A DNA stretch of 64,000 nucleotides from Armatimonadetes bacterium DC (GCA_001442985.1 LDYB01000004.1:13063-77062), one strand, 5' to 3'; positions 1-8,410 are shown, numbered from the stretch's first letter. Notes: generated by a model not told the origin, from the sequence alone. Made by a program: numbers and translations.

Positions 1-814
1 CGACCTTACTGAGGTTGCGATACTCGCCACCGCCGGGGCGACGCGCTTCCTGCTCCAGTTGCTGAGTCAGGCGTGCAAGGCGGGCGGCTGCCGACTGCTG
101 GGCAGTAATCGCATCGTAGAGTTGCGCCTCGAATCGGGCGATCTGCTGCAGGAGCAGGTTGGTCTGGTTGTCTCCCTGAATCACATCTTTGTTCTGGTTG
201 AGGTACTCGCTCAGTTGGCGTGTGGCGCGTTCATACTCGCGCTGGGCGTCTTCATACTGGCGCTGCACGAACTCGCGTGAGGGGCGGGCAACCTGCGCGT
301 TAAGGTTGCTGTAATGCTCCTGAAACTTACTGAGCAGAATGGTCATTGCGTATTCTGCCTGTCGGCGCGCCTCTTCGTCCCCCTGCGTTCGAATGGAAAC
401 GCTGAGGTACTCGGTGTTAGGGATAGGCTTAATTTCAAGGCGGTTGAGCAGGTCTAAGGCGCCGCGCAGGTCTTGCTCATTCGGGGGGTAGTTTTGCCGA
501 ATCGTTTCTGCAGGGGCCCAGTTGCCGCTATCGCGCAGCTCGCGCCAGGTGCTGAGTAGCACGGTATAGCTGCGTACCACATTCGCCATATTCTGCAGGC
601 GCGTAATCAGGTCCACCTGAAGGGTGTAGGGGTCGGGATAGATAACCGTGCGGTTGGACTGCAGGGCGCGATACTCGGCGATAACGGCAACACCCTCCCA
701 CTCGTTTGGCTTAGTCCAGTAGTAGGTGAACACCGCGCCCGTGACAACGCCCGTGATCAGGGCAATCCACCACCAGCGCCGTTTCAGAAGTTTAATTGCT
801 TGCCATAAAGTCAT
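1..814 (-). CDS. Polysaccharide chain-length determinant (Wzz/GumC-like) protein, 5' part only; gene continues past the window start
   Basis: Open frame running off the left edge, so absent from the ORF track. My translation from ATG 814 gives MTLWQAIKLLKRRWWWIALITGVVTGAVFTYYW..., an N-terminal TM helix followed by a long Q/E/R-rich coiled-coil-like region. GGGAGG SD 8 nt upstream. Directly follows the wza-like gene. Confidence 0.6.
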   Translation of the reverse strand, partial: MTLWQAIKLLKRRWWWIALITGVVTGAVFTYYWTKPNEWEGVAVIAEYRALQSNRTVIYPDPYTLQVDLITRLQNMANVVRSYTVLLSTWRELRDSGNWAPAETIRQNYPPNEQDLRGALDLLNRLEIKPIPNTEYLSVSIRTQGDEEARRQAEYAMTILLSKFQEHYSNLNAQVARPSREFVQRQYEDAQREYERATRQLSEYLNQNKDVIQGDNQTNLLLQQIARFEAQLYDAITAQQSAAARLARLTQQLEQEARRPGGGEYRNLSKV

Positions 815-830
815 CGTTGAAACCTCCCTC

Positions 831-1742
831 TTAGGGTCTCCAGAGCGAGCGGGCTATGCCGAGATTTCTCAGCAGCCAGAGAATAGAGAGCGCTCGATAG
901 GCTTGATCGTAGTTCGGCGTGCGCGTTTCCGCCACATACACAACATCACCGGGCTGGAGTTCGATATTCTGACTCATGTCGCCCTTGTGCAGGAGCTTGA
1001 TCATATCCACCTGGATTTGCTCCTCTTTGCCCTCGCTATTTTTGCGTATCACATAGGTACGGCTGAGCGCGGCGCGCTCGGTTTCCCATGACGCCTGGCT
1101 CAGCGCGTCCAGCACGGTCAAACGGGGGCGCCATGTGTAAAGTCCAGGGCGCTTCACCTGCCCGCCCACGAAGTAGCGATTCTGGGTCTCTTCGGGAATG
1201 AAGATGGTGTCGCCATCTTGTAGAGGGATATTGAGACTCAGGTCTCCCTCCTCGTAGAGCCGGCGCAGGTTGAGAGGAATTTTGGTGCCATCGATACGCT
1301 GGAGCCAGGAGTCTTCCATGCGGGCGCGTTCCACCACAGGACCCCCTGCATAGGAAAGTGCATCCAGCAGGCGGTCGCCGTCCTTAAATTCGTAAACGCC
1401 AGGGCGATTCACGAATCCCAGCACGGAAACACGCGGGCGATGGTACTGCTCGATGTTCACCACGACACGCGCTCGGGTCAGATATTGCATGCGCACCAGT
1501 TCGCGCGCGATGCGGTCTGCAAGTTCATCGGGGGTCAGCCCCTGGGCTTGAAGTGTGCCTATCGGAGAAAACGAGATCGTGCCATCACGGCGCACAACAA
1601 TCCCGCGCTGAAACAGTTCCGGGAAGCCATCCACACTAATAGTAATCACATCGTCCGCTTGCAGGCGGTAGGGACCTTCGGTTCGCTGGGCGTGCAGCCA
1701 ACAGACCAGCGCCATGCTCATCCCAATCAAGAACCAGCGCAT
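831..1742 (-). CDS. Polysaccharide export protein (Wza-like, Poly_export + SLBB domains)
   Basis: ORF 831..2015 trimmed to ATG 1742 (MRWFLIGMSMALVCWLHAQ signal peptide, GGGAGGG SD). Motifs: YRLQADDVITISV, DGTISFSPIGTLQAQGLTPDELA, VSVLGFVNRPGVYEF, LLDALSYAGG, YFVGGQVKRPGLY. Confidence 0.85.
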   Translation of the reverse strand: MRWFLIGMSMALVCWLHAQRTEGPYRLQADDVITISVDGFPELFQRGIVVRRDGTISFSPIGTLQAQGLTPDELADRIARELVRMQYLTRARVVVNIEQYHRPRVSVLGFVNRPGVYEFKDGDRLLDALSYAGGPVVERARMEDSWLQRIDGTKIPLNLRRLYEEGDLSLNIPLQDGDTIFIPEETQNRYFVGGQVKRPGLYTWRPRLTVLDALSQASWETERAALSRTYVIRKNSEGKEEQIQVDMIKLLHKGDMSQNIELQPGDVVYVAETRTPNYDQAYRALSILWLLRNLGIARSLWRP

Positions 1743-1781
1743 ACAACTCCCTCCCATAAGGTTCGTTCCATCTCCTGAGAC

Positions 1782-1797
1782 AGCAACTTTCGTGCCA
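1782..1797 (-). promoter_or_regulatory. sigma54 (RpoN) -24/-12 promoter element facing the wza-like operon
   Basis: Reverse complement reads TGGCACGaaagTTGCT. All specified positions of the TGGCACG-N4-TTGCW consensus match, with GG-N10-GC spacing. Predicted TSS near 1771, giving a 29-nt leader with an SD before ATG 1742. Confidence 0.7.
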
Positions 1798-1862
1798 TGC
1801 GTTCCACTCCTTGTTGGATTATCGGCATCTCCTCTCGATTTCTCAAGGTATCCGCCATGCAG

Positions 1863-1870
1863 ATTATACC
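1863..1870 (-). promoter_or_regulatory. Possible distal sigma70-type extended -10 box (GGTATAAT) for the wza-like operon
   Basis: Reverse complement of agattatacc is GGTATAATCT, the same box type seen at many gene starts in this window. It would give a leader of about 114 nt. Confidence 0.35.
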
Positions 1871-1881
1871 TGACATCCGTT

Positions 1882-1897
1882 TGGCACGGAAGTTGCT
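1882..1897 (+). promoter_or_regulatory. sigma54 (RpoN) -24/-12 promoter element facing the secreted propeller protein/HDOD operon
   Basis: TGGCACGgaagTTGCT, a perfect consensus with GG-N10-GC spacing. It is 17/18 identical to the divergent copy at 1782-1797. Predicted TSS near 1908. Confidence 0.7.
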
Positions 1898-2080
1898 GTG
1901 GCTTTTTGCGAGGGCGCCGTGCCTGCAGCACGAGGCGGAATTGGACGCTTAACAGCGAAGGGTTAGGGCTTGGCGAGCTGTGTTCGTGCTGCCTATCGGC
2001 GCCCTCTCTTCCCAACTCTCGCGATTTTACCTGCCCGCCTCCCGCTTACCGTATGGAACAAGCCGAGTGGGAGGCGAACA

Positions 2081-3829
2081 ATGAAGCGACTTTGGGGAGT
2101 TTCTCTGGGAATTGCGCTGGTCTGTACCCTTTACGGCGATCCGAACGCTTTACGCACGCCCACAGGCTACCTCTGGGCTGGAACCACCTTTACGCTCCGG
2201 GCGCACGCCACAGCAGGCAGCCTGACGCAGAGTTCCGCGCCTGCACAGGTGCGCGTGGGGCAAATCATCCACTGGCAAACGATGGTGGACTCCCCCGCTG
2301 GCGCCAGCATTCCCATCGGGAGCGCCGTGTTCAGCACGCGCGTGGTCAATATGGGCAACGGCTATGATCGGCTTAGTTTCGAAGTGTGGCAGGACGAACT
2401 GACAGACCCCCTGTGGACGGTGCGTCTCTATGAGAACCCCCGCGGCGACGGACAGATTTCAAGCAGCACGCTGATTGCCACCCCAGGAAGCGGAGGGCAA
2501 GGACGCCTGATAGCGCCCGGGGAGACGATTCAGTACCTTGTGCAGGCAACTCCGCCCGGCAGCTCCGTACCAACCGACGGCGTGTGGGTGGCGGCGACCT
2601 ATAATACCTCCGTGCCTTCCCGGACCAACCGCCTGCTGGGCGAATTTGTGGCGGGGGTTCGTCGCTCTGCAGGGGTGCATAGTCGGGCTACCAGTAACCT
2701 GAACTACCTGATTGCCGTAGCGCCCGTGTTAGCCGATTCAAGACTTTTCTGGATCGGGACTGACCCGGCAACTAACCGGAGCCTTCTCTATTACACCCCC
2801 AATCCCATCACGGTGCAGGGTAGCACGCTTTCTTCTAACCGGCAGACCTATGGGCGCACACTTTCCAACTTCGCGCCCTCGGGTTTCAGTGTGGTACTGG
2901 GCACGGGCTGGTTCACGGGCAACGGCTCCCAGCTGGTGCGGATTGACCTCGCCCGGGTGCTTGCGAATAATACTTCTGCAGACCCCTATCAGGTCGTTTC
3001 GTTGCCCAACACGCAGCCGCGTCTGGATCTGACCCCCGCAATTTACAACGGGCGACTTTATGTCGCAGGAGCCGATAACCGTCTGCATGTGATTCGCGAC
3101 AACGGCACATGGGCAGCCCAGAGCGCACGCCCCTCCACCACCGTGGGGAACTTCTCCTGCTCGCCGCTCGTGGCGGGTTCCTCGCTGTATATTGGCACGG
3201 ATCGGGGCTACATTCTGCGCTTTGACCTGACCAACGGCGGAATCGCCCAGTCGCGCCAGGTGGCGAGCAACCTCCCCATTCGGAGTCTGGCGCTGACGCG
3301 CGATGGGCGTCTGCTGCTGGCGCGGGCAGGCGACAACCGGGTGTTGGGGCTGCTGGTTGGCAACCTGACAACCTATTACTACTACAATACCCCCCAGCCC
3401 ATCGTTTCGCCCCTCACCTATCACTGGGATACCGACACGGTGTTGTTTATGACTCAGGATGGCTTTCTGTACGCGCTGAATGCGCAAACGGGCATGCCGC
3501 GTCCGCATTATCCCCAGCAAATCTGGAGCGGGCAGCCCCTCCAGCGCGCGACGCTGGCAGTGATGCTTCAGGAAGGACGCAAGGCTTACTATGTGTACGC
3601 CTTAGCCCAGCAAGCCACAGCAGGGGGGGGCACTCAGGGGCGGTTCGCAATGATTACGCTGGTCAACCCCTATAACCAATACGAGGTTTCCGAGACCTCG
3701 ATGTATACTGGCTCGGATTACCTGCCGTGGATCAGTTTTACGGGCAACCAGAGCTACAGCTTCTGCCTGATTGCGGCGCGAACCCATGCAACACCGCAGG
3801 GGGTTGTCGCAGCGATTAACATCCGATAA
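2081..3829 (+). CDS. Secreted protein, paralog A: N-terminal Ig-like (DUF11/CARDB-like) region plus C-terminal PQQ-like beta-propeller repeats
   Basis: ORF 1970..3829 trimmed to ATG 2081 (MKRLWGVSLGIALVCTLYG signal peptide, GGGAGG SD). VVNMGNGYDRL and APGETIQYLV resemble DUF11-type Ig domains. Repeated LYVAGADNRLHVI / LYIGTDRGYILRFD / DGFLYALNAQTG blades. Full-length paralog at 27631..29325. Confidence 0.8.
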   Translation: MKRLWGVSLGIALVCTLYGDPNALRTPTGYLWAGTTFTLRAHATAGSLTQSSAPAQVRVGQIIHWQTMVDSPAGASIPIGSAVFSTRVVNMGNGYDRLSFEVWQDELTDPLWTVRLYENPRGDGQISSSTLIATPGSGGQGRLIAPGETIQYLVQATPPGSSVPTDGVWVAATYNTSVPSRTNRLLGEFVAGVRRSAGVHSRATSNLNYLIAVAPVLADSRLFWIGTDPATNRSLLYYTPNPITVQGSTLSSNRQTYGRTLSNFAPSGFSVVLGTGWFTGNGSQLVRIDLARVLANNTSADPYQVVSLPNTQPRLDLTPAIYNGRLYVAGADNRLHVIRDNGTWAAQSARPSTTVGNFSCSPLVAGSSLYIGTDRGYILRFDLTNGGIAQSRQVASNLPIRSLALTRDGRLLLARAGDNRVLGLLVGNLTTYYYYNTPQPIVSPLTYHWDTDTVLFMTQDGFLYALNAQTGMPRPHYPQQIWSGQPLQRATLAVMLQEGRKAYYVYALAQQATAGGGTQGRFAMITLVNPYNQYEVSETSMYTGSDYLPWISFTGNQSYSFCLIAARTHATPQGVVAAINIR

Positions 3830-3849
3830 CCTGTGGAGGTGAGTGAACG

Positions 3850-4698
3850 ATGGAACTCAGTGCATTGAGCATTCGTGTGGCGCGGACCCCGGGCTTGGGG
3901 ATGTTGCCCCAGATTACCAGCCAGATTCTGCGCATGGTGGACAATCCGAACGCTTCGCCGCGTCAAATCGGTGCGCTGATCGAGCGCGACCCCGGTCTGG
4001 CGTCCAAGCTGCTGAAGACCGCCAACAGCGCGTATTACGGCTCGCCGGGCAAGATTAAGACCGTCTCGCAAGCCATTTCGGTGATGGGGCTGTCGGCGGT
4101 GCGCTCGGTGGTGGTGAGTCAGGCATATCAGCAGATGACGGCGGTCCGGGGCGCTTCCAAACGGTTTGATCGGCTGGCGTTCTGGCAACACTCGCTGGCG
4201 ACTGCCAGCGCCGCGCGGGTGCTGGCGAAGCTCAAAGGCTACCGCGACCCCGAAGAAGCCTTTCTGGCGGGACTGATGCACGATGCGGGGCGGCTGGTGA
4301 TGGATCGGTTCCTGCCCAACGAGTTTGATCAGATTTGCACGCTGGCGCTGGAGCGCGTCATCCCGCTGATTGAAGCCGAACGCGAGGTGCTGGGCTATAC
4401 CCATGTGGAAATTGGCGACATGCTGGCAGAGCAGTGGAACCTGCCCGATGGCTTGCGCACTGCCATCCGCATGCACCATCAGCCGAAGGGCACCTTCGCG
4501 GAATGCCCGCTGGGCTATCTGGTCTACGCTGCCAATATCGTGGCGCATCAAGTGGGGTTCGCGCTACAGCCGCCCGTCCTCTACAGTCTGGAAGAGCAGC
4601 CCAAGCAGGAGCTGGGGATCCCGGACGCGCAGCTGGAGGGGCTGAAGCAGGTCGTCCTGCAGGAGGTCATGCGCACCCAGGAAGTGCTGAAAATTTAG
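3850..4698 (+). CDS. HDOD domain protein (stand-alone signalling/regulatory module)
   Basis: LPQITSQILRMVDNPNASPRQIGALIERDPGLASKLLKTANSAYYG, AISVMG, LMHDAG, GYTHVEIGDMLAEQWNLP, IRMHH. GGAGG SD. Begins 20 nt after the upstream gene. Confidence 0.85.
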   Translation: MELSALSIRVARTPGLGMLPQITSQILRMVDNPNASPRQIGALIERDPGLASKLLKTANSAYYGSPGKIKTVSQAISVMGLSAVRSVVVSQAYQQMTAVRGASKRFDRLAFWQHSLATASAARVLAKLKGYRDPEEAFLAGLMHDAGRLVMDRFLPNEFDQICTLALERVIPLIEAEREVLGYTHVEIGDMLAEQWNLPDGLRTAIRMHHQPKGTFAECPLGYLVYAANIVAHQVGFALQPPVLYSLEEQPKQELGIPDAQLEGLKQVVLQEVMRTQEVLKI

Positions 4699-4994
4699 CC
4701 CAGCAGGAAACTGCTCACCAGAACCCCCAGGCTCCAGAGGCTCACATACAGCCCGATTGCCAGTCGGGTCCAGCGAGCCACAAACTGCGGGTTGTGCTTG
4801 CGATACCACTCGGCAAACCCAATTGCAAGCACAACCGTCGCGCCTTTCACTGCAAAAAAGGCGAACCAGCCAAACCCCAGCACCCAGTTCATAATCGGGT
4901 TGAACTCGGTCGCCAAGCCGTTCGTGATGAGCCAGTAGGTGCTGAGCGCGTCCGCAAGGCAAATCAAGAGAAGTGCCCAACTCTCCCGTGTCAT
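4695..4994 (-). CDS. Small integral membrane protein (DUF5658-like, E-x-NP motif)
   Basis: ORF 4695..5105 trimmed to ATG 4994 (MTRESWALLLICLADALSTYWLITNGLATEFNPIMNW...). Three predicted TM helices. Paralog at 51551..52012. Confidence 0.7.
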   Translation of the reverse strand: MTRESWALLLICLADALSTYWLITNGLATEFNPIMNWVLGFGWFAFFAVKGATVVLAIGFAEWYRKHNPQFVARWTRLAIGLYVSLWSLGVLVSSFLLG

Positions 4995-5010
4995 AGCAAG
5001 GGGGCGAATC

Positions 5011-5026
5011 AGCAACTTTCGTGCCA
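5011..5026 (-). promoter_or_regulatory. sigma54 (RpoN) -24/-12 promoter element upstream of the DUF5658-like gene
   Basis: Reverse complement reads TGGCACGaaagTTGCT, identical over 16 nt to the 1782-1797 copy. It lies in the 50-nt gap between the nnr stop and ATG 4994. Predicted TSS near 5000, only about 6 nt before the ATG. Confidence 0.65.
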
Positions 5027-5044
5027 GACAGGCTGGAGAGATTA

Positions 5045-6577
5045 TCAGTTTTGCGCAAGGGCGCGGCTGAGTTCCTCGGCGGTGTAGGGGCGCGCCCGCT
5101 GGCATGCCAGTCGTTGTCCTGCCTGAGCGTGCAGGTAGGCGCCCGCGACGGCTGCGCGTTCAGGGGTCAGCCCCTGCGCCAGAAGACCCGCAATCGCGCC
5201 TGTCAGCACATCGCCCGACCCGCCCGTGCCCAGCGACGGCTCCGCGAAGGGGTTCACCCACAGGCGCGCCTCCGCCGCAATCAGCGTGTAGGCGCCTTTG
5301 AGCAGGCACACCGCGCGGTAGCGTTCGGCAATTGCCTGCGCCGAGCCAAAACGCTCCCTTTGAATCTGGGCGGTTTCTAACCCCAGCAGGCGCGCCGCCT
5401 CGCCGGGATGCGGCGTCAAAACCGTTTTGCTGGAGAGAGGCGTCTCCGAACCCAGGCGCGCCAGCCAGTTCAAGCCATCAGCGTCTATCACCAGCGGGCG
5501 ATCCCGCTCGCTCCAGAGTGCCAGCAGTTCCAGAACCGCTCTGCCGACCGATTCGGCTTGCCCCAGCCCTGGTCCGAGCGCCAGCACGGAGTACCGCTCC
5601 AGTCGTTCGGCGAGCCAGCGCACGCCCTCCAGCGTGAGCGCGCCCGTGCCTTCATCCGGCAGGGGAAGCGTCATCAACTCGGGGTAGAAGCTGGCGACCT
5701 GCGGCTGGACACGGCTGGGGCACGCCACGGTGGCAAGCCCTGCCCCCACGCGCAGAGCCGACATCGCGCTCAGCGCGGGCGCGCCCACCATCCCCACCGA
5801 ACCGCCCACCACCAGCACATGACCCCGATGCCCTTTATGCGCGTCAGGCGCCCAGCAGGGCAGCCATGCACGCACCTGTGGCTCGCTCACAATCCAGCCC
5901 GCAGGTTCCACTTCCGTCACGCGTGAGGGCGGGATGCCTATCGGCACGGCGACCCACTGCCCCACATGGCTCGGACCCGCGTTCTGGAAAAAGCCGCGCT
6001 TGGGAAACGCCATCGTCACGGTATAGGTGGCGCGCACCGCAGCGCCCAGCGCTTCGCCCGTCTCGCCGTTCAGCCCGGAGGGGATATCAATCGCCACAAT
6101 CGGGCGCCCCGAAGCGTTCATCGCCTCAATCAGCGTCCTGAGGGGGGGCTGAATGGCGCCGCGTGTGCCTGTACCCAGCAAGGCGTCCACCAGCAGGTCT
6201 TCGTCCCGAAAGAGGTCGGGGTGTGGAGTGTCGGGGATGGCGAGTGCGGGCACTTTCAACGCCTGCAGGATGCGCCACTGAACGGCAGGGTCGCCCTGAA
6301 ACTGGCTGGGGTCGCAAGTGAGCCATAAATGCACGCGCGCGCCCGCTTCATGCAGGTAGCGCGCCACCACCATCCCGTCGCCGCCGTTATTGCCTTTGCC
6401 CACCACCACCGCGACGGAGCGCTTCTCTATCGGCGCGAACCATTCGCAAATCTTCTGGAACACGCCGAACCCTGCGCGTTCCATTAAAATCAGCGACGGG
6501 ATGCCGTCCTGCTCGATGGCGAGCTGATCCAGCCGCCGCATCGCCTCCACGCCTAACACCGGCATGCTGGGGTACAT
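5045..6577 (-). CDS. nnr: Bifunctional NAD(P)H-hydrate repair enzyme (epimerase / ADP-dependent dehydratase)
   Basis: YjeF_N motif GKGNNGGDG and C-terminal kinase-like GGSGDVLTG. Start uncertain: ATG 6577, ATG 6565 or TTG 6592. Confidence 0.9.
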   Translation of the reverse strand: MYPSMPVLGVEAMRRLDQLAIEQDGIPSLILMERAGFGVFQKICEWFAPIEKRSVAVVVGKGNNGGDGMVVARYLHEAGARVHLWLTCDPSQFQGDPAVQWRILQALKVPALAIPDTPHPDLFRDEDLLVDALLGTGTRGAIQPPLRTLIEAMNASGRPIVAIDIPSGLNGETGEALGAAVRATYTVTMAFPKRGFFQNAGPSHVGQWVAVPIGIPPSRVTEVEPAGWIVSEPQVRAWLPCWAPDAHKGHRGHVLVVGGSVGMVGAPALSAMSALRVGAGLATVACPSRVQPQVASFYPELMTLPLPDEGTGALTLEGVRWLAERLERYSVLALGPGLGQAESVGRAVLELLALWSERDRPLVIDADGLNWLARLGSETPLSSKTVLTPHPGEAARLLGLETAQIQRERFGSAQAIAERYRAVCLLKGAYTLIAAEARLWVNPFAEPSLGTGGSGDVLTGAIAGLLAQGLTPERAAVAGAYLHAQAGQRLACQRARPYTAEELSRALAQN

Positions 6578-6595
6578 AGGCAATTCACACAACCT

Positions 6596-6632
6596 TTTTG
6601 AAAAGAGCCTCCCCTGATTGAGGGAGGCTCTT
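6596..6632 (-). terminator. Rho-independent terminator after etfA
   Basis: Stem AAGAGCCTCCC / GGGAGGCTCTT (11 bp, 8-nt loop) followed on the minus strand by TTTTC. Confidence 0.7.
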
Positions 6633-6636
6633 CGTA

Positions 6637-7599
6637 TTACCCTCTGGCGTTTTTGAGCTCCTCAATCAGCTGAGGCACAACCTCGTAGAGGTCTGCCACC
6701 AGCCCATAGTCGGCGACCTGAAAGATGGGCGCTTCGGGGTCAATATTAATCGCCACAATCACACGCGAGTCTTTCATGCCCGCGAGGTGTTGCACCGAGC
6801 CAGAGATGGCTACCGCGATATAGAGTTCGGGGGCGACGGTCTTGCCCGTTTGCCCAACCTGCAGTTCGTTCGGGGCAATCCCGGCGTCGACGGCAGCACG
6901 GGTGGCGCCCACTGCCCCACCCAGCACATCTGCCAGCCCGCCGATGTATTTTTCAAAAGTCTGAGGGTCTTTGAGGGGGCGTCCGCCGGAGACCACCACG
7001 CGCGCCTGAGTGAGGTCGGGGCGTCCACCGCTGCTGCCTTGCAGGCTGAGCCATTCGGAGCGCGTGGGGATTTCGGCAGGCAGTTCCGCATTCTGGATAG
7101 GGGAAGCGCCTTCTTTCGGCTCTGGCTTGCCCCATGCGGGACCGCGCACGGTCAGCACAACGGGCGTGCCCTCCACTTCAAAAGTGCCAATCAGGTTCGC
7201 CGAGTAGATGGGGCGTCGAGCAATCAGCGTGCCGTTCAGGGATTCGAGGGCAGTAATGTCGCTGAGCATGGGCGCGTCTAACAGTCCAGCCGCGCGGGCG
7301 AGCGTGTCGCGGCTGAAGGTGGTGGTTGTGCTGGCAATCAGGTCTGCGCCAATCTGCCGCGCGAGGTGGGCAATCACAGGCGCATAGCGTTCGGCGAGGG
7401 GTTTGGCAAGGCGCGGGTCGTCCGCCACCCACACGGTCTGAGCGCCGTAGCCCGTGAGTAGCTCCAGATTCTGCAGGGAAGAGCCTACCGCCAGAATGTG
7501 GAAGTCGTTCGGGGCGATTTTCTGCGCAAAAGCAATCGCGGGCAGGGTCTTCTCCGAAACACGGCTGCCGTCCGTTTCCGCAACAATCAGAATCTTCAT
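6637..7599 (-). CDS. etfA: Electron transfer flavoprotein alpha subunit
   Basis: 320 aa. C-terminal FAD-binding signature [19 protein letters not shown]. Follows etfB. Confidence 0.95.
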   Translation of the reverse strand: MKILIVAETDGSRVSEKTLPAIAFAQKIAPNDFHILAVGSSLQNLELLTGYGAQTVWVADDPRLAKPLAERYAPVIAHLARQIGADLIASTTTTFSRDTLARAAGLLDAPMLSDITALESLNGTLIARRPIYSANLIGTFEVEGTPVVLTVRGPAWGKPEPKEGASPIQNAELPAEIPTRSEWLSLQGSSGGRPDLTQARVVVSGGRPLKDPQTFEKYIGGLADVLGGAVGATRAAVDAGIAPNELQVGQTGKTVAPELYIAVAISGSVQHLAGMKDSRVIVAINIDPEAPIFQVADYGLVADLYEVVPQLIEELKNARG

Positions 7600-7613
7600 G
7601 CTTGTTTCCTCCT

Positions 7614-8363
7614 TCAGATGACGCGCGCCTCTTCCTTGAGCAGGCGCACCAGCTCTTTGACATCCGCGACACGCTTGCCTGCCTGGCGTGCGGGCGGTTT
7701 TTCAACCTTCTTGAGGCGCACGCGCGCTTTGGGTGTGATGCCCAGGTCGGCGGGTGTCAGCGTTTCCAGCGGTTTTGTGCGGGCGCGCACAATCCCTGTG
7801 AGGGCGACATAGCGTGGCTCGTTCAGGCGCAGGTCGGCAGTAATTACCGCAGGCAGGGGCACGCGAATCGTCTCGATGCCGTTATCGGTTTCACGCTCGA
7901 CGGTGGCAGTGCTGTCTTCAATCGTGATTTTAGAGGCGAAGGTCGCCTGCGGCAGGTTCAAAATCGCTGCCAGCATCTGCCCTACCTGATTGTCGTCCAT
8001 GTCAATCGCCTGTTTGCCCATCAAGATAAGCTGGGGCTGTTCGCGTTGCACAATCGCTGCCAGCAGGCGTGCGATAGAAGGGGGGTCCAGCGGCTCTTCG
8101 GTTTGCACGAGGATGGCGCGGTCGGCGCCCATCGCCAGCGCCGTGCGTAACTGCTCCTGCGACTCCGCGCCGCCGATAGAGACTGCCACAATTTCGGTCG
8201 CCTTGCCTGCCTCTTTCAGACGAATTGCTTCTTCTAATGCAATCTCATCGAAGGGGTTGACCGCCATCGTCAGCCCCTCACGCGCAATATCGGTACCGTC
8301 GGCGTTGGGGCTGATTTTGGCATATGGGTCGGGAACACGCTTGACAGTAACGAGAACCTTCAT
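7614..8363 (-). CDS. etfB: Electron transfer flavoprotein beta subunit
   Basis: MKVLVTVKRVPDPYAK..., VNPFDEIALEEA, typical ETF-beta. AAGGAGG SD. Confidence 0.95.
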   Translation of the reverse strand: MKVLVTVKRVPDPYAKISPNADGTDIAREGLTMAVNPFDEIALEEAIRLKEAGKATEIVAVSIGGAESQEQLRTALAMGADRAILVQTEEPLDPPSIARLLAAIVQREQPQLILMGKQAIDMDDNQVGQMLAAILNLPQATFASKITIEDSTATVERETDNGIETIRVPLPAVITADLRLNEPRYVALTGIVRARTKPLETLTPADLGITPKARVRLKKVEKPPARQAGKRVADVKELVRLLKEEARVI

Positions 8364-8391
8364 CGGTTATTGCCTCCTTATTCCGCGCGAG

Positions 8392-8397
8392 ATTATA
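8392..8397 (-). promoter_or_regulatory. -10 box (GGGGTATAAT on minus strand) for etfBA, leadered
   Basis: Reverse complement of gattataccc. About 22-nt leader carrying AAGGAGG before ATG 8363. Confidence 0.5.
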
Positions 8398-8410
8398 CCC
8401 CAAGCGAGGG

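Noticed and set aside
3061-3078. Searched for sigma28 (FliA) promoters, TAAA-N15-GCCGATAA. GCCGATAA strings occur at about 3070, 14253, 32272 and 53782.
   Set aside because: All are intragenic, and none has a TAAA element at the required 15-nt spacing.
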